Source of the DNA: Mobula birostris
Taxonomy: Eukaryota
Assembly: GCF_030028105.1 (NCBI RefSeq)
Contig: NC_092382.1
Location: 6,090,215-6,154,214, forward strand
Length of the DNA stretch: 64,000 nucleotides
Direction: 5' to 3'
Part shown: positions 12,600 through 24,639 of the stretch, one piece after another
Layout of the letters: each line of letters opens with the position of its first letter
Position numbering within the stretch: position 1 is the first letter of the stretch
Notes under the pieces: generated by a model
Database searches by the model: none
What the model was told of the DNA's origin: nothing
Seen by the model: only the letters and a program-made list of their open reading frames with translations
Program-made: the position numbers and the translations under genes

Positions 12600-12950
12600 C
12601 TGAGTTCACCACCGTCAGTCACCTGGGGGAGGGTTCAGGGGAAATATTTATGTACAATACAGAAACTGGTGTTACCTGTGTGTATTGTGGTGATGCAAAA
12701 GTTGCTGGAGAATTTGAAAGTGGGAAGAAGTGGAGTGATAGTTTGAAATCTGACTTTTTAAAGCGTCATTTAGCAAGCAAATCAGATATGGACAATGTGC
12801 AAAAGCTCTGGCGAGAAAATCCTTCATTACCCGTTACAGGCCTGCTACATAGGTTGTGTGAGAGTGCAGATGAACTCCATCAAACCCAGAGGAGATCAAA
12901 GTTCTTACTGACAGTGATTTGCTAGCAGTTAAAATGAATACCTCTCTATA
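12600..12950 (+). mobile_element. hAT-like transposase N-terminal relic (also at ~38050-38400 and ~62895-63200)
   Basis: Translation TCVYC...F.SGKKW...LKRHLASK resembles the TTF/BED-like zinc finger of hAT/ZNF862-type transposases; frameshifted. Confidence 0.5.
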
Positions 12951-13004
12951 TAAAATTCACTGTGCACATGTTGTCACTGGTTAAAAGAATGAACAGTACA
13001 AGAT

Positions 13005-13742
13005 TTACTTTACTTTGTACTTTATTGTCGCCAAACAATTGGTAGTAGAATGTATAATCATCACAGCGAAATTTGATTCTCCGCTTCATACTCCCTGGAT
13101 TACAAATATTAAATATTATAAATATTAAAATTAGTTAAAATTAGTAAATATTAAAAATTTAAATTATAAATCATAAATAGAAGATAGAAGAATGGGAAGT
13201 AAGGTTGTGCAAAAAAACCGAGAGGCAGGTCCTTGCTCCAGATATTTGGAGAGTACAGCCCAGATCCGGGTCAGGATCCATTCAGCAGTCTTATCACAGT
13301 TGGAAAGAAGCTGTTCCCAAATCTGGCCGTACGAGTCTTCAAGCTCCTGAACCTTCTCCTGGAGGGAAGAGGGATGAAAAGTCTGTTGGCTGGGTGGGTT
13401 GCGTCCTTGATTATCCTGGCAGCACTGCTCTGACAGCGTACGGTGTAAACTGAGTCCACGGACAGAAGATTGGTTTGTGTGATGCGCTGCGCCGTGTTCA
13501 CGATCTTCTGCAGCTTCTTTCGGTCTAGGACAGGACAACTTCCATACCAGGTTGTGATGCACCCTAGAAGAATGCTTTCTACAGTGCATCTATAAAAATT
13601 AGTGAGGGTTTTAGAGGACAGGCCAAATTTCTTTAGTTTTCTCAGGAAGTAAAGGTGCTGGTGGGCCTTCTTGGCAGTGAACTCTGCCTGGTTGGACCAG
13701 GTCAGGTCATTTGTGATATTTACCCCGAGGAACTTAAAGCTC
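13005..13742 (-). mobile_element. Rex1/Babar-like LINE 3' fragment, specific to the ZNF-A copy
   Basis: ARIIKDATHPANRLFIPLPSRRRFRS..FFPTVIRLLN C-terminus and (cttta)n tail; absent at the paralogous site ~63260. Confidence 0.85.
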
Positions 13743-13899
13743 TATGTGCAGACCGGTCATTACAAATTAGAGGGGACATTGGTGGCGGAACCTCCACTGT
13801 CCCTTATGCCCTCACCTACAAGATGTGCGTCCAGCTGCAGCTTGTAACCCTGCACTTTATGGAGTTGGAACTTGAAATGGATCAATTCCAGATCATCCA

Positions 13900-14183
13900 G
13901 GCAGTGATGCAGCCAGTCAGGATGCTCTCAGTTGTGTTCCAGTAGAAAGTTCTTAGGATTTGGGACTCAATCCCAAGCTTCTTCAGCCGTCTGAGGTGAG
14001 CAAGGTACTGTTGTGCTTTTTTCACAACACAGCCGGTATGTACAGACCATGTGAGGTCCTCGCTGATGTTTATGCCAAGGATCTTAAAGCAGTTCACTGT
14101 CTCAACCCCAGATCCATTGATGTCAATCGGGATTAGCCTGTCTCCATTCCTCCTGTCGTTCACAATCAGCTCCTTTGTTTTTT
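13900..14183 (-). mobile_element. Older Rex1-like RT fragment, continuing at ~16658-16700
   Basis: FKILGINISEDLTW..KKAQQ motif; paralog at 35935-36097 and 36915-37310. Confidence 0.75.
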
Positions 14184-16657
14184 TTAGATTAGATTGGATT
14201 CAACTTTATTGTCATTGTGCCAAGTACAGATACAAAGCCAATGAAATGTGGTTAGCATCTGACCAGAAATGCAAAGAATCGTGTTATTTACAAAATAACT
14301 GAATAAAAAAGTGCTACAGCACACAAATGTAAAAGTACTGAGACAGTACAATACGGATGCAATACTGCTTAGCGCTGTGACGAGAGGTTCAGCAGGGTCA
14401 CAGCCTCAGGGAAGAAGCTCTTCCTGTGCCTGTTGGTGTGGGAGCGGAGGCTCCTTTAGCACCTCCTTGATGGGAAGAGAGTTAAAAAGTCCATGGTTAG
14501 GGTGAGATGTATCCTTGATAATTCTTTTCGCTCTACCCAGGCAGCGTTTATGGTAGATGTTCTCAATGGTGGACAATGGGCTGTCGATAATCCGCTGGGT
14601 AGTCTTCACCACACACTGGAGTGCTTTGCGCTCTGATACAGGACAATTGCCATACCACACTGAGATGTAGTTGGTGAGTATGCTCTCAATGGTACAGCAG
14701 TAAAAGTCTGTCATATCCTGGGACAGAGGTGAGCTTTCTTGTTGCTCCGCAGGAAGTAAAGGTGCTGTTGTGCCTTCTTGATCAGGATGGAGGAGTTCAG
14801 GGACCAGATGAGATCCTCGGAAAAGTGGACACCAAGGAATTTGAAGCTTGATACACGCTCCACTACAGTTCCGTTGATGTAGATGGGGACGTGAGTGTGG
14901 CTCCTGGCATGCCTGAAGTCCACAATGATCTCCTTGGTCTTCTGGGTGTTAAGGGCCAGATTGTTGTCGGCACACTACACAGCCAGGTGCTGGACCTCGT
15001 CCCTGTAGGCTGTCTCATCATCCCCTCTGATCTGGCCAACCACCATGGTGTCATCTGCGAACTTGATTATGGAGTTAGAACCATGTACAGGAATGCAGTC
15101 ATAGGTGAAAAGGGAGTACAGAAGAGGGCTCAGCACACAGCCCTGAGGCACGCCGGTGTTCGGGGTGAGAGTGGAGGAGGAGAGGTTGTCTAACTTAACT
15201 GATTGGGGTCTGTTAGTCAGAAAGTCCAAGGTCCAATTGCAGAGGGATGAGCTGATAGCAAGCTGGCGAAGTTTGGTGATCAGCTTGAAGGGGCTTACAG
15301 AATTGAATGCTGAACTAAAGTCAATGAACCTCATTCTGACATAGGAGTTGGGGCTGTCCAGGTGGGTCAGGGCAGAGTGAAGTGCCGTGGAGATGGCGTC
15401 CTCTGTTGACCTGTTGGTGTGAAAGGCAAATTGATGGGGGTGCAGGGTAGTGGGCAGACAGGATTTCAGATGTGACAGAACCAGTCTCTCAAAGCACTTT
15501 GCAATGATGGGGGTGAGTGCAACTGGGCGGAAATCATTCAGGCTCGTGGCAGTGGAATGCTTCGGCACTGGCACGATGGTGGTGATCTTGAAGCTTGTGG
15601 GGGACAACACCCTGGGCCAGGGACAGATTAAAAATGTCTGTGAAGACCCCGGCCAACTGTCCTGCACAGACTCTGACCACACGGCCAGGTATTGCATCCG
15701 GACCAGCTGCCTTCCGTACATTCACCCTGCTCAGGGTCCACAAACATCGGAGGTGGAAAGTGAGAGAGACAGTTCACCAGGTGGGAGATCCGCTTTGAGG
15801 GTGACCTCCTTGTTCCCTCGATCAAAGCGAGCGTAGAAGTAATTGAGCTCATCAGGGAGGGTAGCAGAGCTGGAAGGGGGCACAGTACTAGGAGGTTTGA
15901 AGTCTGTAATGACCTGTATGCTATGCCACATGGGCTGGGGGTCAGAGGAGTTGAAATGCTCCTCGATTCTCTGTTTGTAAATGTGTTTAGCCTGAGAGAT
16001 TCCCCTCCTCAGGTTGGCCCTGGCTGAGCTGTAAGCCTCCTGGTCTCCAGACCTGAAGGCTGAATCTCTGGCTTTGAGCAGGAGGTGAACCTCTCTGTTC
16101 ATCCATGGTTTCTGACTGGGGAAAACTTTTATTTGTTTTAGTGATGTCTCTCTATCTACACACTTGTTGATGTGCTCAAGGACAGAGTTGGTTTATAAAT
16201 CAATGTTAATCTGAGAGTCTGTGGTGGCATGGGCAGCAAACATGCTCCAGTCTGTGTGCTGGAATTGGTGCTGAAGAGCAGAGTCAGCCCCCTCCAGCCA
16301 GATCTTAATAGTCTTCATTGTGGGTTTCACATGGTTAATGACCGGGCTATACTTGGGAAACAGAAACAGTGAAAGATGGTCAGATTGTCCCAGGTGGGGG
16401 AGGGTAGTGAGTTTGTAAGCATCAGCCACATTTGTGTAGACATTGTCTAAGGTTTTATTCCACGTGGTGGTGCATAATACATTTTGGTAAAATCTTGGAA
16501 GCACGGTACGTAGGTTACAATGATTAAAGTCCCCAGCGACAGTCAAAGCTCCATCTGGATGCAATGTCTGCAGCTTGCTAATAGCAGCACTGAGGTCTTT
16601 CATGGCTACTTTAGCATTAGCATCCAGTGGAACATAAACTGCGACAGCAATGATGCA
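14184..16657 (-). mobile_element. Rex1/Babar LINE, 5'-truncated (endonuclease end + RT), frameshifted
   Basis: AGDFNH and GQSDH endonuclease motifs; RT motifs [32 protein letters not shown]; (ttaga)n tail; nested in the older fragment with tgtttt on both sides. Confidence 0.9.
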
Positions 16658-16747
16658 TGTTTTGTGACAATGAGGGGAGGTTGTTTTCTTGACACCAGTC
16701 AGATGTTGTTCAGACACCAGATACAGTCAGCAATCAAATGGTTGAGC

Positions 16748-16901
16748 CTGGAGCCTTCTCCTCCCCACCCTCCCGCCACCTTCTTTATTGGGTCTCTGCC
16801 CCTACCCTCTTCAGTCCTGACGAAGGGTTATGGCCGGAAACGTTAACTGATCATTTCCACGGATGCTGCCCGACCTGCTGAGTACCTCCAGCGTGTTGTG
16901 A
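16748..16901 (+). mobile_element. Penelope-like terminal repeat fragment with hammerhead-like core (16811-16850)
   Basis: tcagtc-CTGACGA-agggttatggccg-GAAA-cgtt-aactga followed by gatgctgcccgacctgctgag; absent from the paralogous intron at ~35880. Confidence 0.65.
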
Positions 16902-16904
16902 ATG

Positions 16905-18490
16905 GTGCGATGAATGTGCTGTGCTGTGTATATCACAATGCAAGAAGCATCGCAGGAAAGCCAGATGAGCTCAGGACAGGGAATTATGATATTGTAGCCA
17001 TAATTAGGACTTGGTTGCACCCAACGTCTGAGGGATTTAGAGGAACAAATTTGTAGAGAGATCGCAGACCATGCCAAGAAACAAAGGTTGATTCAGTAAG
17101 TGATTTTAACTTTCCATATATTGACTGGGACTCCCATACTGTAAAAGGACTAGATGGGTTAGAGTTTGTCAAATGTGCCCTTAATCAGTAAGTAGAATTC
17201 CCGACGTAGAAATGTGCAATAAGCTGTTAGGGAATGATCCAGGGCTGGTGACAGAATTTAGTGATCATCATGCCATGAGATTCAAAGTAAATATGGAAAA
17301 AGAAAGGTCTGGACCAGGGGTTGAGATTCTAAATTGGAGAAAGGTCAATTTTGATGGTATCAGAAAGGATCTGACAAGTGTGGTTTGGGACAGGCTGTTT
17401 TCTGGCAAAGGAGTACTTGGTAAGTGGGAGGCCTTCAGAAGTGAAATTTTGAAGGTATCTAGTTTGTACATGTCTGCCAAAATAAAAGTTGAAAGGTAAC
17501 TGGTGCTGGGAACCTTGGTTTTCAAGCGATATTGAGGTCCCGAATATTTTGTCCCTCTGAATGCCTCAGACTGTTGGGTGCTACCAAGACTCACTAATGA
17601 CTACATTATCATAATTCCACCCCAAGCTCATCCAACTTTTTTTTAGTCGTCTTCTGTGGGTTTCTAAAAGCTTCCCAATCGTCTTTGCTCTTTTGTTTAC
17701 CCTCTCTTTGGCTCTTATGTTGGCTTTGGTTTCTCATTTCAGCCACGGTTGTGTCCTCCTGCCTTTCCAATGTTTCCACATCTTTCGGATGTATCGATCA
17801 CTGAGCTCCTGAATTGCTCCCAGAAACTCCAGCCATTGCTGCTCCATTGTCACTCCTACCTTTTCCCTTCCAGACAAGTTTGGCCAGCTTCTCTGTCATA
17901 GAAACATGGAGAAGTTCAGTACACAAACAGGCTATTTGGTCCATCTGGTCAATGCTGAAAAATCATTCAAGCTGTCTAATGCAACTACCTGTACTGGGAC
18001 CATCGTCCTCCAGACCCCTACCATCCAGGCTCCCATCCAAACTTCTTTTAAATGGTGAAACTGAGCTCATATTCACCACTTGTGCTGGCATCTCATTCTG
18101 CACTCTCACAACCATTTCAGTAAAGAGCTTTTCCAAATGTTCCTGTTTAATTATCAACTTCCCCACTTACCCCTGACCTCTGGTTGTAGTCTCACCCAAC
18201 CTCGGTGGAAAAAGCTGCTTGCATTTGCCCTATCTATACCCTCATAATTTTGTATACTTCTAACAAATCCTCAAAGCAATGTATAATTTCTTTCTTTATG
18301 TTTAGAGCCTTTCTTAGATGTGTAAGATGATAAAGGGCATTGATCATGTAGATAGCCAGAGGTTTTTTCCCAGGGCTGAAATGGCTAACATGAGGGGGTA
18401 TAGTTTTACAGTGCTTTGAATCAGATACCGAGGGGATGACAGGGGTAAGTTTTTTTACAGAGAGTGGTGGGTGCGTGGAATGCACTGCCG
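16905..18490. mobile_element. Mosaic of degraded CR1 fragments in the ZNF-A intron
   Basis: GDFNFP.IDW and SDH..MRF APE-like motifs, plus CR1 3' pieces in both orientations. Confidence 0.65.
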
Positions 18491-19150
18491 GCTACTTGTG
18501 TGAGTATTTCAGTTACTGTGGGGCCAGGAACCCATGCAGCTCAGTGGGAACAGGGAATAATACCAATGGGGAGAGTCAGACTGAGCCAGGTCACAGATTG
18601 GAGACGGCAGAAATGCCCCATTCTGATAGAGACAGGAAGAGCATCAGAGAATTTGCTGGTCACTCCAGATACCAGCTCTGTGCCCAGTTAGAAGGTGATT
18701 TCTCTCTCCAACCTGGATTGAACCTCACTGTAACAGTGTGATGCCAGATCACACCTTGGCAACTCAAGTGATCTCATCTGAAATGTTGTCCGACACCCAT
18801 TGATGGATTTTGTAAATCTTTTTACAGGTTAAAAATGACGAGGAATTTATCTACGGGAATCTTGAACACAACACACCAGTTTTGCTGTTCTTGTCCAGAT
18901 ATTTAAGAAGTAGAGCAAGCGAATCACTTGATCGTCCCGCCCGCTCAGACTGTGGGGAGGGATTCACTCAGTCATTTCAACTGAAGATATATCAGCAAGT
19001 TCACACCGGACAAGGCCATTCATTTGTTCTGTGGGTGAGAAGGCATTCAGTTGCTCATCCCACCTGTGGACACATCAGTCAGTTCATCCTGGGCAGAGGC
19101 TGGTCATCTGCTGAATTTGTGGGGGAGGATGCATTCAGTCATCTGACCTA

Positions 19151-20023
19151 ATGGCTCACCAGCGAGTTCACACCAGGGAGCAGCCGTTCACCTGCTCAGA
19201 CTGTGGGAAGGGATTCACTTGCTCAACCAAACTGAAGGTACATCACAGAGTTCACACTGGGGAGAGGCCGTTCACCTGCTCAGACTGCGGGAAGCGATTC
19301 AGCATATCATCTCACCTTCTGATTCACCAGGCAGTTCACACTGAAGTGAGGGATTTCATCTGCTCAGTCTGCGGGAAGAGATTCTCTCAGTCATCCAACC
19401 TACAGAGACACCAGCGAGTTCACACTGGGGAGAAGCCATTCACCTGCTCAGACTGTGGAAAGGGATTCACGCGGTCATCCCACCTGCAGAGTCACCAGCG
19501 AGTTCACACTGGGGAGGGGCTGTTCACCTGCTCAGACTGTGGGAAGGCATTCACTCAGGCATCTCACCTACGGAGACACCAGTCAGTTCACAATGGAGAG
19601 AGGCCATTCACCTGCTCAGTCTGTGGGAAGACATTCACTCAGTTATCCAACCTACAGACACACCAGCGAATTCACACTGGGGAGAAGCCGTTCACCTGCT
19701 CAGTCTGTGGGAAGGGATTCACACAGTTAGCTAACCTACAAACACACCAGTCAGTTCACACTGGGAAGAGGCCGTTCACCTGCTCAGACTGTGGGAAGGG
19801 ATTCACCACATCGTCTCACCTGCTGAGTCACCAGTCAGTTCACACTGCAGTGAGGGATTTCACCTGCCTAGACTGTGGGAAGAGATTCTCTCAGTCATCC
19901 AACCTACAGACACACAAGCGAGTTCACACTGGGGAGAAGCCGTTCACCTGCTCAGACTGTGGAAAGGGATTCACTCGATCATCCAACCTACAGAGTCACC
20001 AGCGAGTTCACACTGGGGAGTGA
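19151..20023 (+). CDS. C2H2 zinc-finger protein ZNF-A, 290 aa, 10 intact fingers, no KRAB/SCAN/BTB seen
   Basis: Cx2Cx12Hx3H repeats with TGEKPF linkers; acceptor ttttacAG|G at 18827/18828; decayed fingers at ~18940-19150 and 20024-20355. Confidence 0.9.
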   Translation: MAHQRVHTREQPFTCSDCGKGFTCSTKLKVHHRVHTGERPFTCSDCGKRFSISSHLLIHQAVHTEVRDFICSVCGKRFSQSSNLQRHQRVHTGEKPFTCSDCGKGFTRSSHLQSHQRVHTGEGLFTCSDCGKAFTQASHLRRHQSVHNGERPFTCSVCGKTFTQLSNLQTHQRIHTGEKPFTCSVCGKGFTQLANLQTHQSVHTGKRPFTCSDCGKGFTTSSHLLSHQSVHTAVRDFTCLDCGKRFSQSSNLQTHKRVHTGEKPFTCSDCGKGFTRSSNLQSHQRVHTGE

Positions 20024-20562
20024 CTGTTCACCTGCTCAGACTGTGGGAAGGGATTCTCTGTCATCTGATCTTTTGGCACACCAGCGAGTTCACACTGGGG
20101 AGAGGCCATTCACTTGCTGTGAATGTGGGAAGGCATTCACACGATCATTTCATCCACTGAAACACCAGTGAGTTCACACTGGTTAAAGGCTGATCACCTG
20201 CTCACACTTTGGGAAGAGATTCTCTCAGCCATCTTCACCAAGGGTGCATCATTGAGTTCACACTGGGGGGAGGCCGTTCTTCTGCTGTGAATGTGGGAAG
20301 GGATTCACTCAGTCATCTAACCTTGTGACACACTAGCAAGTTCACACTGGGGAGAATGTTTCAATAAGCTGCCTGCTGGATATTTGTCCATTACCATTGC
20401 TGAATGCAATTTCAACAGTGACTGTCGGTGCTGAACTCTGCAATTATTGCTGCTGCTCACCACACCCAGTTCTGCACCCTGGTCACTGGGCATGGGAGGA
20501 GCTTATTCTGCTGCATATTCACCTTTAATGGGACTGGAGATTAATATTCTGGATCTGAGACA

Positions 20563-20568
20563 AATAAA
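20563..20568 (+). terminator. Candidate poly(A) signal of ZNF-A
   Basis: AATAAA about 200 bp after the last decayed finger. Confidence 0.5.
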
Positions 20569-22319
20569 TCAGTTCTATTTTAAACGCTGTCTTCATTACT
20601 TAGTGAATTTATAACACACCTTGTACAGTAGAGAGTCAACTCAGGCTGGCTGGACACTGCCAGTGATTCTGTTCTACAACAGTCCTTTTAAATCCTCCCC
20701 TGTTGTTCCCCTTTTGCTCTCCCTGTGGGATGGGTTCCAATCACCACTCTGCGGGTGAAGAGGTTTCCCTTGAATTTTCTGCAGACTAAAGAAGTCGAGC
20801 TGATTGCAGTTCTGTCTGAGATGTTCTTCACCCCTGAAATCTCTGGGCTGAGTTAACCTCCTTATTCAGGGCTCATTTCCACATTATGGGTCATTTTTCC
20901 TGCTTCTAAAGGGTTGTTAGAAAACACCACTGTCCTCTGAAGACTGAAAGCAGGATGGGAAACCATTAGTTGGATGCTCAATGAAGCAGGGTCAGAAACC
21001 AGAGGCGGGTCTGCACAGGGCAGAGTTTGGGGCTCTGAACGATGGTCAGGGTAAGAATGTATGATGAGGAGAAGGAAATCAGCAACGGGGTGGGGCAACG
21101 AATGACAGAGTAGCAACATTTGGAAGCTGATTGACAGGGAAAATAATTCCGTTGACTGATGACACAAACAACGCCTGTGGTGAGGTGCTCCATTGATCGA
21201 GGAACATGTGTGTGTTGGGAATGGTTATATCTATTGAGGGAGTTGTTCCTGCTTGTTTATTCTGTAATATTATATCCAGATGTTTATATTTTAGATTATC
21301 CTATCTGTAATAATGTATTGATTATCATATAAATTGTGAGATTCTGTCCTGAACTGGATCAGGCTGGAATTTATGGTGCCTTAATGAAGTTATGGTGGTC
21401 ATTCATGAGTTTGTATTTTAAAGCAAGATTTTGGTGAATGATATTTGCCACTTCATTGTGCCTTCATATGTAATCAGATTGAGTTAAACTGCTTTAGGAT
21501 CCCGGAATGTGTTGGATTGTGTCTGGTTTCTCGGCATTTGCTGCATTTATTGCCTTGTTTGTTTGTATTGTATGTGTTTTTGATTTTGTTTCTCTTTTTG
21601 TGAACCCCCTTGTGCTGTATTTCTGCAAGGAACCTCTCTGTTTCTGGGAAGAGGTTTCCAACTCTAGTCAGGTGCTCGATGCTTCCCTGTCACCATCTCG
21701 TCTGCTCAGATCGTTGGGATGTCTCCCATGGAGGGTCATACTCTGGTTAATGTTTTCTTCCATAATGATGATTTATTTTTCTCAGTTTGCCTCTCATTTA
21801 AGTTTTCTGGTCTGTATTTCTTATCATGATTGCAGATACACACATGGAGTGCTGAATCCTGTTCAGTTTATATACTTAGAAGTTTTATCTGACAGTTGTG
21901 ATTTTTTTTTTCATGTGTGTTATTCCTCTTCCTCCTTCTGTCCAAGGTTATTTTAATCTAAATGGGTTTGAGTGTAAATAGTCTTTTCTAAAGTTGTCAT
22001 TTCAGTTCTTATTTATCTTTGTAAATTTTACTGATTGAAATAGGACAAAATATTTTCATTAAAAAAGTCAATGTCTGTATTCATGAGAATGTTTATTGCT
22101 TTTGTTGTATTTAACTATTGGGCTCTGTTTGGTAGGTTTTTTAAAGCCTTGAACTAAATTTTGTCAAAGGTTTTCCCTATTTCACACTACTTTCTATTGT
22201 CTTTGCTTGTTGATATTTCAGATACGTGTGTATCAAGAGTCCCGATGAAGGGTCTTGGCCCAAAATGCTGATTTCCATCCATAGATGCTGCCTGAGCTCC
22301 TCCAGCACTTTGTGTTTAG

Positions 22320-24362
22320 TTCAGAAACAAAGGTTCTGAACTTAAAGAGGGGTAACTTTGAAGGTATGAGACGTGAATTAGCTAAGATAGACTAGCAAAT
22401 GACACTTAAAGGATTGACGGTGGATATGCAATGGCAAGCATTTAAAGGTTGCATGGATGAACTACAACAATTGTTCATCCCAGTTTGGCAAAAGAATAAA
22501 TCAAGGAAGGTAGTGCACCCGTGGCTGACAAGAGAAATTAGGGATAGTATCAATTCCAAAGAAGAAGCATACAAATTAGCCAGAGAAAGTGGCTCACCTG
22601 AGGACTGGGAGAAATTCAGAGTTCAGCAGAGGAGGACAAATGGCTTAATTAGGAAGGGGAAAAAAGGACATAAATAATCTTCCAGAAATAGTAGGGGACA
22701 GAGGGTCCAGTGAGATGGAGGAACTGAGCGAAATACATGTTAGTAGGGAAGTGGTGTTAGGTAAATTGAAGGGATTGAAGGCAGATAAATCTCCAGGGCC
22801 AGATGGTCTGCATCCTAGAGTGCTTAAGGAAGTAGCCCAAGAAATAGTGGATGCATTAGTGATAATTTTTCAAAACTCGTTAGATTCTGGACTAGTTCCT
22901 GAGGATTGGAGGGTGGCTAATGTAACCCCACGTTTTATAAAAGGAGGGAGAGAGAAACCGGGGAATTATAGACCGGTTAGCCTAACGTCGGTGGTGGGAA
23001 AACTGCTGGAGTCAGTTATCAAGGATAACAGCACATTTGGAAAGCGGTGAAATGATCGGACAAAGTCAGCATGGATTTGTGAAAGGAAAATCATGTCTGA
23101 CGAATCTCATTGAATTTTTTGAGGATGTAACTAGTAGAGTGGATAGGGGAGAACCAGTGGATGTGGTATATTTGGATTTTCAAAAGGCTTTTGACAAGGT
23201 CCCACACAGGAGATTAGTGTGCAAACTTAAAGCACACGGTATTGGGGGTAAGGTATTGATGTGGGTGGAGAATTGGTTAGCAGACAGGAAACAAAGAGTG
23301 GGAATAAACGGGACCTTTTCAGAATGGCAGGCGGTGACCAGTGGGGTACCACAAGGCTCAGTGCTGGGACCCCAGTTGTTTACAATATATATTAATGACT
23401 TGGATGAGGGAATTAAATGCAGCATCTCCAAGTTTGCGGATGAAACGAAGCTGGGTGGCAGTGTTAGCTGTGAGGAGGATGCTAAGGGGATGCAGGGTGA
23501 CTTGGATAGGTTGGGTGAGTGGGCAAATTCATGGCAGATGCAATTTAATGTGGATAAATGTGAAGTTATCCACTTTGGTGGCAAAAATAGGAAAACAGAT
23601 TATTATCTGAATGGTGGCCGATTAGGAAAAGGGGAGGTGCAACGGGACCTGGGTGTCATTATACACCAGTCATTGAAAGTGGGCATGCAGGTACAGCAGG
23701 CGGTGAAAAAGGCGAATGGTATGCTGGCATTTATAGCGAGAGGATTCGAGTACGGGAGCAGGGAGGTACTACTGCAGTTGTACAAGGCCTTGGTGAGACC
23801 ACACCTGGAGTATTGTGTGCAGTTTTAGTCCCCTAATCTGAGGAAAGACATCCTTGCCATAGAGGGAGTACAAAGAAGGTTCACCAGATTGATTCCTGGG
23901 ATGGCAGGACTTTCATATGAAGAAAGACTGGATGAACTGGGCTTGTACTCGTTGGAATTTAGAAGATTGAGGGGGGATCTGATTGGAACGTATAATATCC
24001 TAAAGGGATTGGACAGGCTGGATGCAGGAAGATTGTTCCCGATGTTGGGGAAGTCCAGAACGAGGGGCCACAGTTTGAGGATAGAGGGGAAGCCTTTTAG
24101 GACCGAGATTAGGAAAAACTTCTTCACACAGAGAGTGGTGAATCTGTGGAATTCTCTGCCACAGGAAACAGTTGAGGCCAGTTCATTGGATATATTTAAG
24201 AGGGAGTTAGATATGGCCCTTGTGGCTACGGGGGTTAGGGGGTATGGAGGGAAGGCTGGGGCGGGGTTCTGAGTTGGATGATCAGCCATGATCATAATAA
24301 ATGGCGGTGCAGGCTCGAAGGGCCGAATGGCCTACTCCTGCACCTATTTTCTATGTTTCTCT
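22320..24362 (+). mobile_element. CR1 LINE ORF2 (RT), 5'-truncated, relatively well preserved
   Basis: KSPGPDG, NYRPVSLTS, YLDFQKAFDKV, GVPQGSVLGP, KFADE, RPHLEYCVQF; (tttctatg) tail. Confidence 0.95.
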
Positions 24363-24639
24363 AGATTTCTCGAATCTGCAGGTCCTCTTGTTTCCCAGAT
24401 ACTTTTGTTTCTTGAAAGACCAAGCCAAGAACAAGCTGGTAGTGGGGTTGTGTGGCTCTGTTGGTAAAATATTAAATAAAATCATTGGAAAGAGGTGGCA
24501 TAGGGTTGGAAGGTGTAGAATTAAGGAACAGCAAATGTAAAAAACAAAAAAATCCCTGATGGGAATTGTAGAGACCTCCAAACTGAAGTAAGTATGTAGT
24601 CCACAAATGACAATGGGAGATAGAAAATGCATCCCAAAA

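Larger units (their letters stand above)
11030..12990 (+). repeat. Triplicated promoter block, copy 1 (Penelope relic + CpG promoter + hAT relic)
   Basis: Near-identical to 61320-63290 (+) and 38030-39965 (-); the ORF track gives identical or nearly identical translations in all three. Confidence 0.95.

Noticed and set aside
21240-22230. AT-rich stretch with a 149-aa hydrophobic ORF
   Set aside because: Composition-driven ORF, probably the antisense of a decayed retroelement; the family could not be assigned.
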